Positions 46,110-55,135 of a stretch of 64,000 nt of DNA are shown here, one piece after another (position 1 is the first letter of the stretch; each line of letters starts with the position of its first letter). Both the position numbers and the translations under genes were made by a program. A model generated the notes under the pieces. It saw only the letters and a program-made list of their open reading frames with translations. It was not told the origin of the DNA and did not search any database. The stretch spans positions 3,040-67,039 of the forward strand of contig JAGDYV010000029.1 of NCBI GenBank assembly GCA_049116495.1, read 5' to 3'. This DNA comes from Hyphomicrobiaceae bacterium (GTDB taxonomy: Bacteria; Pseudomonadota; Alphaproteobacteria; Rhizobiales; Hyphomicrobiaceae).

Positions 46110-47648
46110 ATGGCTGAGATTTTTGCACTTCTGATTGACGGCTTTGGCGTTGCCTTGCAGCCGCAGAACCTTGCCTTGATTGTTTTTGGTTGTGCCGCTG
46201 GCCTTTTTATCGGAGCGATGCCCGGTCTTGGCTCGGTCAATGGCGTCGCCATCCTGCTGCCACTCACCTATCTTGTCCCGCCAACCGGGGCCATCATCTT
46301 TCTCGCCGCGCTCTACTACGGCGCAATGTACGGCGGCGCGATTTCATCAATCATGCTCGGCATTCCCGGTGCCTCGACAGCCGTCGCGACCACGTTCGAC
46401 GGCCGGCCACTGGCCAAGATGGGCCTCGCCGACAAAGCCCTGACTGCTGCCGCCGTTGCGTCGTTTGTCGGTGGCACGATCTCCGTCATTCTCTTCACGT
46501 TGGCTGCGCCGCCGCTCGCGCACATTGCACTTGTGTTTGGTGATCCGGAAGAATTTGCATTGATGATGCTAGCTTTCGCGACCTTCGTGGGTCTCGGAGG
46601 CGACGACATTGCAAAGACGATATTCTCGATCTGCATCGGTCTGGTTTTGGCGGCCGTTGGCTTCGACACCGTATCCGGCGAACCGCGACTGGTGTTCTTT
46701 GACATCACCAACTTCATGGATGGCATTAAGTTCCTAGTGCTTGCCATCGGCATTTACGGCATCGGCGAAATGCTTTGGACGATAGAAGAAAACCGCCGCG
46801 CCAACGGCCAATCGCAGCTCTCCGAAGCGATCGTTTCATGGAAGCGCACGCTGGCGAATATCCGTGAACTGCTTGGCACATGGAAGACGATGGTGATGGG
46901 ATCGGTGCTGGGCTATTTCGTCGGCATCCTGCCGGCAGCCGGCGCAACACCTGGTTCGCTAATGGCATATGGCTTCAGCAAGCAAATGTCGAAAGACCCG
47001 GAGTCCTTCGGCAAGGGAAACCTTGAAGGCGTCGTCGCCCCTGAATCGGCGAACAATGCCGCCTCGACGGGTTCCATGCTGCCCATGCTGACCCTTGGTA
47101 TTCCCGGCTCTCCGACAACTGCGATCCTGCTGGGTGGCATGGTTCTTTGGGGACTTGAGCCAGGCCCCAGCCTATTCACCGAGCAACCAGAGTTTGTGTG
47201 GGGGCTTATCGCTTCACTCTATGCCGCCAACCTGTTTGCCCTGGTTTTAAATATCGCGTTTATTCCAGCATTCATTTGGGTGCTAAAGCTTCCCTTTACC
47301 CTGCTCGCGCCGATCATCTTCGTACTCTGCCTGGTTGGTGGCTATGCGCCAAACCAATCGATGTACGATGTCTGGTTAATGTTACTATTCGGCATCGTTG
47401 GATACCTGATGCGCAAACTGGACTACCCGTTGGCGCCAGCGGTTCTGGCAATCGTACTCGGGCCACTTGCAGAACGCGCATTGCGTCAGTCGCTGCTGAT
47501 CAGTGGCGGCGAGGTTTCGATCTTTTTCACACGGCCCTATTCCGGCCCGATCATGATCGTCGCTATTATCCTGCTGTTGCTGCCGCTCGCCGGTCCGATT
47601 ATGCGGTTCTACCGGGGCCGTAAAGCCATGAACCATCCGCAAGGTTGA
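46110..47648 (+). CDS. tctA: Tripartite tricarboxylate transporter large permease (TctA family)
   Basis: 512 aa, polytopic. GLFIGAMPGLGSVNGVAILLPLTY and GILPAAGATPGSLMAYG are typical TctA motifs. Confidence 0.9.
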   Translation: MAEIFALLIDGFGVALQPQNLALIVFGCAAGLFIGAMPGLGSVNGVAILLPLTYLVPPTGAIIFLAALYYGAMYGGAISSIMLGIPGASTAVATTFDGRPLAKMGLADKALTAAAVASFVGGTISVILFTLAAPPLAHIALVFGDPEEFALMMLAFATFVGLGGDDIAKTIFSICIGLVLAAVGFDTVSGEPRLVFFDITNFMDGIKFLVLAIGIYGIGEMLWTIEENRRANGQSQLSEAIVSWKRTLANIRELLGTWKTMVMGSVLGYFVGILPAAGATPGSLMAYGFSKQMSKDPESFGKGNLEGVVAPESANNAASTGSMLPMLTLGIPGSPTTAILLGGMVLWGLEPGPSLFTEQPEFVWGLIASLYAANLFALVLNIAFIPAFIWVLKLPFTLLAPIIFVLCLVGGYAPNQSMYDVWLMLLFGIVGYLMRKLDYPLAPAVLAIVLGPLAERALRQSLLISGGEVSIFFTRPYSGPIMIVAIILLLLPLAGPIMRFYRGRKAMNHPQG

Positions 47649-47696
47649 TCAACCTGAAACAGGGCATAAACGACGCCAGCAAGTGACGGCTCAAAT

Positions 47697-49790
47697 TTAT
47701 GCCAGCAGCTCTTGGCACTGCGCCGTCAACTCAGCAAGATCACGCACAAGCAGGTCAGATCGATGATGCTGGCTCTGTGCGGCATCGAATCTGTTTTGCC
47801 AGCTCATCGGCGCAGCGGGTCTGCGCGCCGGAACACTTGCCGGTTTTGCGGTATCGACTTCCTGGACCAATTCCAGGTCAGGAACTTCTGGCAAGTCCTG
47901 ACGAGGTCCGGCGAAACTGAGTTGCCGGCTCTTCAATGACTGAGCCAGATTTGTACCATTGATTGAAAGTTGTAGAGACGCATACTCTATTTCGGATGCC
48001 AATTCGCCCTTGTTGATGACAACTAACTCCGAAACGATCGGAAGAAATTCTTGCAGGATCAGCGCCTCTAGGGCATCAGCAGCCTCCTCGGGCGTCACCC
48101 GTCGGCGCCACCATCGGCGCCAGAACGGCTCCTCCAAATCAATCGCCAGTGTCTGCCCCAACGGCGCTTGCGACGGAAAAACAAAATCCTCGGACACCGC
48201 ATTGAAGTCTAGATTGATCTGCACATCTGACTGCACTTTATTCATCAAGAACGCCAGCTGAGCCGTGGTCACGCGGAGCGCGTTCGTCACCTCTCGCCGG
48301 ACCCGACGATAACCATGCGTATGTGTCGCAAGAATACGCTGTCGTAGCTCGCTGATGTCGAAGTTGATTGTCGTTGCCGGCAAGTTGTTCGGGTATTGGT
48401 CGAGAAACTCCTGCTTTTTCGTAGCCGCAAACGTCTCGACCATATTTTGCAAATTAGATTGAGCTTGTTGTTCGTAAGCCGATGTGATGCGTTGCAAGGA
48501 CGAAATTGCTGAATCCGTAGTCCGATTGATCTGCTGTGCCAGATCCTCCGAGAAGGCGACAGCTCGGGCTCGCTCCACTTCGTCGTCAAACAAGGCCCGG
48601 CTGATCGCACGCTCGCTCTGTAGTCTGGCAAGCTGCGCTGCGGCCTGCGAGCGGACCCCGTCTGCAAGCGTCATCAGAGTGGCTGCAGCCTGATGCACGT
48701 AATGTGCGGAATGGCCGTGATGGATCAGCGCCGATATGGCATCTTCCAATTCGTCAAGCCAAGCCTCGGCAATCGGCGATCCTGTCGTAATTCCGGTGCC
48801 GGCACCACCCAATGCGTTGCCGACAACGGTTGGAATTGTTGAATTACCCAACTCTTGACGAACGATTGACGTGATGTGATCGGTCATCGATCTGCGCTGC
48901 TCTGCCGCGTCCGGCAACAGGTCCACTTTGTTGATGAACAAAATCAGACGTTGCGTATTCACGCCGCGCAGGATGCGAAACAAGCCCAAGTCAGAGTCGG
49001 TGACACCTTTGGTGGCATCGATGAGCACGATGCAGGCGTCGCTCCCGTCCAAGCTTTTCAGCGTCATCTCCTCGCGCACGAGAAAGGGATCGTTCGTCCC
49101 AGGCGTATCGATCAAAGTCAGCGGATAGGCAAACGGCTGCAGCGTAAAAAACAAATCGGCCGTTCGCGTAATATCTGCGAAGTTCTGCGTCTGACTATGC
49201 TCATCACCTGACGGACCGGCCGAAACATACTGCGCAACCACCTCTGGCTGCAGGGTTGCAAACGAATGCGTCGACCCAAGCAACTCGGTGAAGGCCGGCC
49301 CCAGGCGTGCTTCTGCGCGATGGCGCATGGCCTGGACTTGCTGGTGCAGTTGCTCTGAGTTGAAGCCCGGTAGAAACCGCTCGGCCAGCTCACGCAATTT
49401 GCCGCCCTGCTCAGACAGCCGTTGCCATTCATCCGCGTCAAAGAAGCGAAAGTGAGCGCTTTGCTCGGGAAATCCGTGGAGCCCGAAATGCAATCGTGTA
49501 ATGACGGCGGTCCAAGGTGCTTGCGAGGCGGGAAGCAAGTCTGGATGTCGGGCCAATGCATTGACCAACGTCGTTTTGCCGGCATTGACTTGCCCAATAA
49601 TGGAAACCGACAATCTTTGATTCTGGACCGCGTCGAGCGCCGTGGAAACCAACCTCGTCGCATCCGCATCGGTTTCCCGCATCAGCCGGCCACCCAACTC
49701 GACCAGACGATCCTGCAACTCCTTGAGCTTTGACCCGACCGGTCGCCGTTCACTGCGCTTGGATGCCTGGCAGTGAAAGTCTTCAGACAT
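47697..49790 (-). CDS. Dynamin-family large GTPase (bacterial dynamin-like protein)
   Basis: 697 aa. G1 IIGQVNAGKTTLVNAL, G3 LIDTPGTNDP, G4 FINKVDLL, with a long insertion between G1 and G3 and a ~400-aa helical stalk-like C-terminal region. No obvious hydrophobic paddle. Confidence 0.8.
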   Translation of the reverse strand: MSEDFHCQASKRSERRPVGSKLKELQDRLVELGGRLMRETDADATRLVSTALDAVQNQRLSVSIIGQVNAGKTTLVNALARHPDLLPASQAPWTAVITRLHFGLHGFPEQSAHFRFFDADEWQRLSEQGGKLRELAERFLPGFNSEQLHQQVQAMRHRAEARLGPAFTELLGSTHSFATLQPEVVAQYVSAGPSGDEHSQTQNFADITRTADLFFTLQPFAYPLTLIDTPGTNDPFLVREEMTLKSLDGSDACIVLIDATKGVTDSDLGLFRILRGVNTQRLILFINKVDLLPDAAEQRRSMTDHITSIVRQELGNSTIPTVVGNALGGAGTGITTGSPIAEAWLDELEDAISALIHHGHSAHYVHQAAATLMTLADGVRSQAAAQLARLQSERAISRALFDDEVERARAVAFSEDLAQQINRTTDSAISSLQRITSAYEQQAQSNLQNMVETFAATKKQEFLDQYPNNLPATTINFDISELRQRILATHTHGYRRVRREVTNALRVTTAQLAFLMNKVQSDVQINLDFNAVSEDFVFPSQAPLGQTLAIDLEEPFWRRWWRRRVTPEEAADALEALILQEFLPIVSELVVINKGELASEIEYASLQLSINGTNLAQSLKSRQLSFAGPRQDLPEVPDLELVQEVDTAKPASVPARRPAAPMSWQNRFDAAQSQHHRSDLLVRDLAELTAQCQELLA

Positions 49791-49813
49791 CGTTTCGCTG
49801 CGTCCCTGGAAAA

Positions 49814-50899
49814 TTAGTTGAGCGACGCGCCGAGTTCGCCTCGGTTCTCACGCAGGTCTTTCAGCAAGGCCGTCAAACTTGCACGACCCTGCTGGAGCTG
49901 GTCGTGCTGTGTTCCGATCTGCTGATCGATCCCGGCAAGCTGCATTTGATCGATCGTCGAATGCCGGACCGATTGGCCCGAACCATTGGCAACCGATGGA
50001 ATTATTCTCTCACGCGCCGCCAATTTCGTCACGGCCTGTGTGTAGTCGCGCGACGCAAACAATGCGAGCATGATGCTGGTTAGCACCTGAATATTGCTTG
50101 AAATGATCGAGCAGATATCGTCCACGAATTCAGGTGTGTCATCCGCCACAAGACCTTCAGTCAGTGCCGACTTGATCTTGTAGTCAAGCAGGCGCTCCAG
50201 CGAAATCATCGTCAGGGCGACGCCATCGGGTTGACCGCGCGATTCCAGTTCCGCAAATCGAATATCGAGCTTCGCGTCACGCAGCATGTTGACGCACTGA
50301 TCGTCGACACTTTCGATTGACTGGTTGACGTAATCGGAGAGTGTCTGCAAGGCGGCCAGGACTTTGTTGCCGTCAATCATGAGGCCGGCGTCGTGAATGC
50401 GCTGAAGCTCCAATTTGATGGCAATCATCTTGTGCTCGACCGCATCGAGCATCGCAACGGCGCCGGCAACGGCGTGAATGTGGTCCTGAATGTTAGCAAC
50501 GCTGCGATCGTACTGATCATTCCAGACCTCACCGACCGGCGAGCTCGGTGCGGGCTCATGCTGAGGCGCCAGTCCGTATTGTGGAGCGCGCGCTTGACCG
50601 ATCGGACAAGAATTATTGCCGCCCTGCGGCAGCGCAGACACCGTGTCGACAGGCATAGCGGCCTGCTGCGAAGCAGCGTGATGCTGTTGAATGTGTGGTG
50701 CGGCCACACGTTGCGACTGCGCAGAGTGCGGCGGAACAATATGTTGCGCAGGCAATTGTGGGTTCAACGGAGAAAGCCGCAATGTCGGATCATCTTCACA
50801 TACTTGCTCGGTCAAAGGTCGAACCTGAAAGTGTTCTGCGCTTCCCTTGCCCTGTCCGAACAGCCTTTTGCCCCCAAAAAATCCCCCATACGTGCTCAT
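49814..50899 (-). CDS. Hypothetical protein: Gln/Pro/His-rich low-complexity N-terminus plus a helical C-terminal domain (co-transcribed with the dynamin-like GTPase)
   Basis: 361 aa from ATG 50899, which follows GGGAGGG (the ORF-track TTG start is at 50920). Its stop lies 23 nt upstream of the GTPase start. No recognised family. Confidence 0.55.
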   Translation of the reverse strand: MSTYGGFFGGKRLFGQGKGSAEHFQVRPLTEQVCEDDPTLRLSPLNPQLPAQHIVPPHSAQSQRVAAPHIQQHHAASQQAAMPVDTVSALPQGGNNSCPIGQARAPQYGLAPQHEPAPSSPVGEVWNDQYDRSVANIQDHIHAVAGAVAMLDAVEHKMIAIKLELQRIHDAGLMIDGNKVLAALQTLSDYVNQSIESVDDQCVNMLRDAKLDIRFAELESRGQPDGVALTMISLERLLDYKIKSALTEGLVADDTPEFVDDICSIISSNIQVLTSIMLALFASRDYTQAVTKLAARERIIPSVANGSGQSVRHSTIDQMQLAGIDQQIGTQHDQLQQGRASLTALLKDLRENRGELGASLN

Positions 50900-51239
50900 G
50901 TACCCTCCCAACGCATACAAACTCTAAGCTGCGCTTTACAGCGCGCACTGTCCGCCAAAAGAGCTTGACAATGTCTTAACGGATACATGGTCTACGTCAT
51001 AAATGGAATATGAATTTCGTGTTGCCGGCGAACAAATTGACAATCACACTATGCTCCAAACAGACATATGCGAACGAGACTGCGGCCATGCGATCGCCGC
51101 ATTTTCGCCTGATTGAATTCGTGGCCTCTCGTGCAAGAGCCATCTTTTGATTGCCTGTCCAAGCCGCGTACTAAAAACAAAATGCCGTTCACGATTGTTG
51201 ATATCCGTATCAACCAACAGGGCAGGCTATTGGTTCACG

Positions 51240-52877
51240 ATGACTGACGCCGAGAACGAGAACAAAAATTTGGCTAAGCTGCGCCGGCGGCAACAGCGAA
51301 GAGACGCGGTGGAGGAACAGAATTCCTCAAGCGATCGCCTGCAAGGTGCAACTGCACAAGTGGGCAATGCGTCAGCATCCCCTCCGACACGGGATGAATT
51401 GGAGCAGCGCGTTCTCGGTGCTGTGCGGCAGGCCGTAACCGATGTCATGCAGGAAAATAGGCAGCCGACTGATCTTCCCAAAATCGATATGGACTTTGTG
51501 GCGACTTCGCAGGCGCCGAGCAATGCTAGTCCGCTGCTTGGCGAACTCAACCATCCACCTGCTGATGACGCTTCACCCATCGAGCAGATCATCCAAACGT
51601 CTGATTTGAAGTCTCCACACAACGAGAAGCCAGTAACACCGTTCGTCCTCGGCGGCATCGGTCTGGTACTGATTGTTGCGGCTTTGGTGTTAACATTGCC
51701 GGGCAATGACAATGATCTGTTCGGCACGGCGTCGAATAGTGCGACAGAACGCCAGGTCGCGAAGCTCTCTGAACAACCGGAACAAATTCACGCGTCAGGA
51801 TCCGAATTCTTGTCGGATCATTCCTCCGCGGCGGAATCCTCGGAGCGCAAAGGCGCAACCGCCGACTCGGGAAAACTGAATGCGACCAGTAGCTCTGACC
51901 CGGAAAATGACGACACCAAGCGAAAACGAAAGACCGACGAAAATGACGATAATCAAAGCCTAACTTCCTTGGGAGCCGTCGAGCAGCAATTGTTAGGTCC
52001 AGTGGCGCAACCCAGTCCGCAAGAAGATCAGGCGATTGAGCTGAAGCGGCTGGACGTCTTGCGCGCTGCCGAAGAAAAGGCGAAACAAGAGGCGGCAAAA
52101 CGAGCACTCCAGCAACAACACGTAGCGAAACAAAAGCGCGTTGCAGCGCAACGCGCCGCTGAGGAAAGGGCAGAACGCGAGGCAGCTGCGCGTCGCCTGA
52201 AACAGCAAGAGCAAGAGGCAGAACGTCAGCGGGTCGCCAAGTTGCGGGCAGCCGTTGAAGTGGCACGGCGCGAAGCGGCCAAGCGCAAGCAACTGCTCGC
52301 AGAACAAGCCGAGCGCGTGCGCGTCGCGATGTTGCGCGAGGCAGAGCAGAGATCACGAAGCGAAGCCGCCAAGCGCAAACGCATGGCATCCATCCGCGCG
52401 AAGAAAGATCAAGCGCTTGCTGCGATCGGGATTCACGATCAACGTCAGATGGACGAACTCTTGGCTGCTACGAAGAAGCGCCTGCAATCGGAAGGTGTCA
52501 TCACGGAACGTTTGAATGCCGCTGTGGAAGAATCCAGGCAGGCGCGCTTGCGATTAGATCGGTTACAAAATAACGCTGGCGAGCTACCGGCAGCTTGGGC
52601 TGCGGAAGAAAAAGCGCGACTGAAGCTGGAACGAGTGTTGACAGAAATCAGCAATGAGCAATCCGTCGCCGCCGCACCGCGCCTTCGCACAGGCCCCACG
52701 TTGGCACGCGATACGGTGACGCTTCAATTGAAAGAAAGCAATCTCAAGATTTCCGGCAATCTCATCGCGCATGACGCGCGCAATTTCGTTGTCCAGCTCC
52801 CTTCGAATGAACGCGTAACTTTGCCGGTCGAGCACTTTAAATGCATCAGCACGAGTTGCCCGAAAACGGTGAAATAA
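51240..52877 (+). CDS. Hypothetical single-pass membrane protein with four ~30-aa Ala/Glu/Arg/Lys-rich tandem repeats (TolA-like coiled coil)
   Basis: 545 aa from ATG 51240. TM span PFVLGGIGLVLIVAALVLTLPG. Repeats of the form R-V/L-x-x-L-R-A-A-E-E-x-A-x-x-E-A-A-K-R (nt 52047-52406). Small C-terminal beta-like domain. Confidence 0.6.
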   Translation: MTDAENENKNLAKLRRRQQRRDAVEEQNSSSDRLQGATAQVGNASASPPTRDELEQRVLGAVRQAVTDVMQENRQPTDLPKIDMDFVATSQAPSNASPLLGELNHPPADDASPIEQIIQTSDLKSPHNEKPVTPFVLGGIGLVLIVAALVLTLPGNDNDLFGTASNSATERQVAKLSEQPEQIHASGSEFLSDHSSAAESSERKGATADSGKLNATSSSDPENDDTKRKRKTDENDDNQSLTSLGAVEQQLLGPVAQPSPQEDQAIELKRLDVLRAAEEKAKQEAAKRALQQQHVAKQKRVAAQRAAEERAEREAAARRLKQQEQEAERQRVAKLRAAVEVARREAAKRKQLLAEQAERVRVAMLREAEQRSRSEAAKRKRMASIRAKKDQALAAIGIHDQRQMDELLAATKKRLQSEGVITERLNAAVEESRQARLRLDRLQNNAGELPAAWAAEEKARLKLERVLTEISNEQSVAAAPRLRTGPTLARDTVTLQLKESNLKISGNLIAHDARNFVVQLPSNERVTLPVEHFKCISTSCPKTVK

Positions 52878-53011
52878 TTTCAACAGGATCGAAGCCGGCT
52901 AGAATGCTAATGATAGCCGCTCCGCCTATGGATGATGCGCGACACTCGGCAAACGCGTTGCCTAGTGTATTGACTCTTCAATGACAAGTCGCAGCGTGCG
53001 ATGTCCAGGAC

Positions 53012-53572
53012 ATGATATTGACGCTGCTCGGTACCGGCACGCCAGCCCCATCTCTAAGTCGCGTGAGCTCGGGTTATCTGCTGGAAATCGGTGACGATGT
53101 TATCGTGCTGGATCATGTTCCCGGCGCCGCGCATCGTCTGCTTGAGGCAGGACAGAGCCCTGTCAATGTCACCCACCTCTTCTTAACGCATCTGCATTTT
53201 GATCACACCGTCGATTGCCCAAGCCTTGTCTTGCAACGCTTTAATCATGCGGCCGGTCACAAGCCGGAGCTTTACGTTTTCGGTCCTGCGCTCGTAGCAC
53301 GGCTGACGGATCAGGTGTTCGCCAAAGATGGCGTCTACGACCTTGACCTCACCGCGCGCACGCACGGAGGGCATATCGATGTCGTGGAGATTGCCAGGCG
53401 CGCCAACGCCAAGACACTAGTTGTCACGCACATGCCGGCTTCACTGGATGAACCGGGCATCCTGGAGAGCATGGTGCATGAGATGCATCAAGGATACGAC
53501 GGCAACATTGTCGTTGGCCGCGACCTCTTGGAAGTGCCAGTGAAACTTGGTCGGTCCGGCCGCTTAGACTAA
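53012..53572 (+). CDS. MBL-fold metallo-hydrolase, unusually short (possible internal deletion)
   Basis: MILTLLGTGTPAPS...THLHFDH (HxHxDH) at the N-terminus and AKTLVVTHM at the C-terminus. At only 186 aa, the middle metal-binding His region appears to be missing. Confidence 0.6.
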   Translation: MILTLLGTGTPAPSLSRVSSGYLLEIGDDVIVLDHVPGAAHRLLEAGQSPVNVTHLFLTHLHFDHTVDCPSLVLQRFNHAAGHKPELYVFGPALVARLTDQVFAKDGVYDLDLTARTHGGHIDVVEIARRANAKTLVVTHMPASLDEPGILESMVHEMHQGYDGNIVVGRDLLEVPVKLGRSGRLD

Positions 53573-53884
53573 GTCGTCGCGCCGCGGTGCCGCTGTGCGT
53601 CCTTTGGAGCGGGAGCGGCAACACGGTCGCGCGGCGTAAAAATAATTCCCTTGTCAGGATTCGTTCAGCAATTTTCATGAAGCTGGAAAAGCGGCCGGCC
53701 CTCAAGTCAATCGCTCGCTTCTCATTCCGGCAGATAGTCAAGGAAGCCCAAAATCTGTTCGGTACGGTTTGACCCTCAGGCTGCAAGCATAGCGCTAGTT
53801 TCGATCAATTGATTTTAGCGCCGTCACAAATTCGCACCTTTTCCATTGCCGCCACTGGTTTCCTTGGATCGCAAAGGCAGAACG

Positions 53885-55135
53885 ATGGCAGCTCATTTCG
53901 ACGGACCACGCAGGCACCAGACGCGTCACCCAGATAGACTTTCGATCGACTGGCAGTTTCCCCCAGGGTTGATTGACCTCTCCGTCATCAATTTCCTGTT
54001 TCGCGTGACGACGCTCGGCATCTATCACTTCTGGGCAAAGACCGAGGTGCGCCAGCGGCTCTGGTCGGCCATTCGGATCAACGATGAACCTTTGACCTAT
54101 ACCGGACGCGGTATGGAACTGTTTCTTGGCTTTGTCATCGTCGTTGGTGCCGTCTTTCTTCCGGCGATCCTGTTGATTACAGGCCTGTCGATTGCGTTTG
54201 GTCCTCGGCATCCCGTCACGAACGTCGGCATACTCCTGTTTTATGCATGCTTCTTCTTTCTGTTCGGCTTGGCAGTCTATCGGGCTCAGCGCTATCGCTT
54301 GTCGCGTACCCGTTGGCGCGGCATCCGCTTCGCTCTTGAGGGCGATGGTCTGACATATGCTTGGACGTTCGCGTGCACGGCAATTCTCATTCCTTTCACT
54401 TTTGGTTGGATCCAGCCGTGGCGCGCCACCAAGCTGCAATCAATGATCACCAATCATACGAAATTTGGTGATCAGTACTGCGATTTCGACGCCAAGTCCG
54501 GGCCACTCTACGGACCGTTTGCGCTAGCATGGATTGGCGGCCTGGCGGTTTACATCGGCTTCATTTCGCTCGTCACCGCACTGTATTTCAATAAGCTGCA
54601 GCTTCAGAAAGTTGCCAACGTGCCCTTTGTTCCGTCTGCCTGGGAAGTGGGCGTGACTTTTGCCGCGCTCATTGTGGCAGGCTTTGTTTCCGCCCTTGCA
54701 ACCGCCTGGTATCGTGCCCGCATGATCAACCATTTCGCCGACCATACACGTATCGGCAAAGCGCGATTTGACGGAAACCTGGACGCCATTGGCGTCATCT
54801 GGATCAGCGTCACAAACTACCTGATCATGATCGCGGGGATGCTCTGCGTCGGCATACTAATACTAGCGATCGCGCTGCCGACGATCCAATTGCAGGGGGG
54901 AACATCGGGCGATGGCAATCCGGTCGGAAAACTGGTTCTTTACCTCATCCCGATCATGTTCGTTCTGGGACCCATGCTGTTCTCTCCCATCACACAGGCA
55001 CGTTCAACCGGCTATATCGTTGCAAATTTATCTGCCCGCGGCAATCTAGCGATGAATGAGATTACGCAGGCGACCGGTTCTGACGTCAAGTACGGCGAGG
55101 GTTTGGCCGAGACGTTCGACATTGACGTGGCATGA
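53885..55135 (+). CDS. DUF898 (YjgN-like) family inner-membrane protein
   Basis: 416 aa from ATG 53885. FLFRVTTLGIYHFWAKTEVRQRLWSAIRIND...YTGRG and a second repeat FTFGWIQPWRATKLQSMITNHTKFGD are the duplicated DUF898 signature. Confidence 0.75.
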   Translation: MAAHFDGPRRHQTRHPDRLSIDWQFPPGLIDLSVINFLFRVTTLGIYHFWAKTEVRQRLWSAIRINDEPLTYTGRGMELFLGFVIVVGAVFLPAILLITGLSIAFGPRHPVTNVGILLFYACFFFLFGLAVYRAQRYRLSRTRWRGIRFALEGDGLTYAWTFACTAILIPFTFGWIQPWRATKLQSMITNHTKFGDQYCDFDAKSGPLYGPFALAWIGGLAVYIGFISLVTALYFNKLQLQKVANVPFVPSAWEVGVTFAALIVAGFVSALATAWYRARMINHFADHTRIGKARFDGNLDAIGVIWISVTNYLIMIAGMLCVGILILAIALPTIQLQGGTSGDGNPVGKLVLYLIPIMFVLGPMLFSPITQARSTGYIVANLSARGNLAMNEITQATGSDVKYGEGLAETFDIDVA

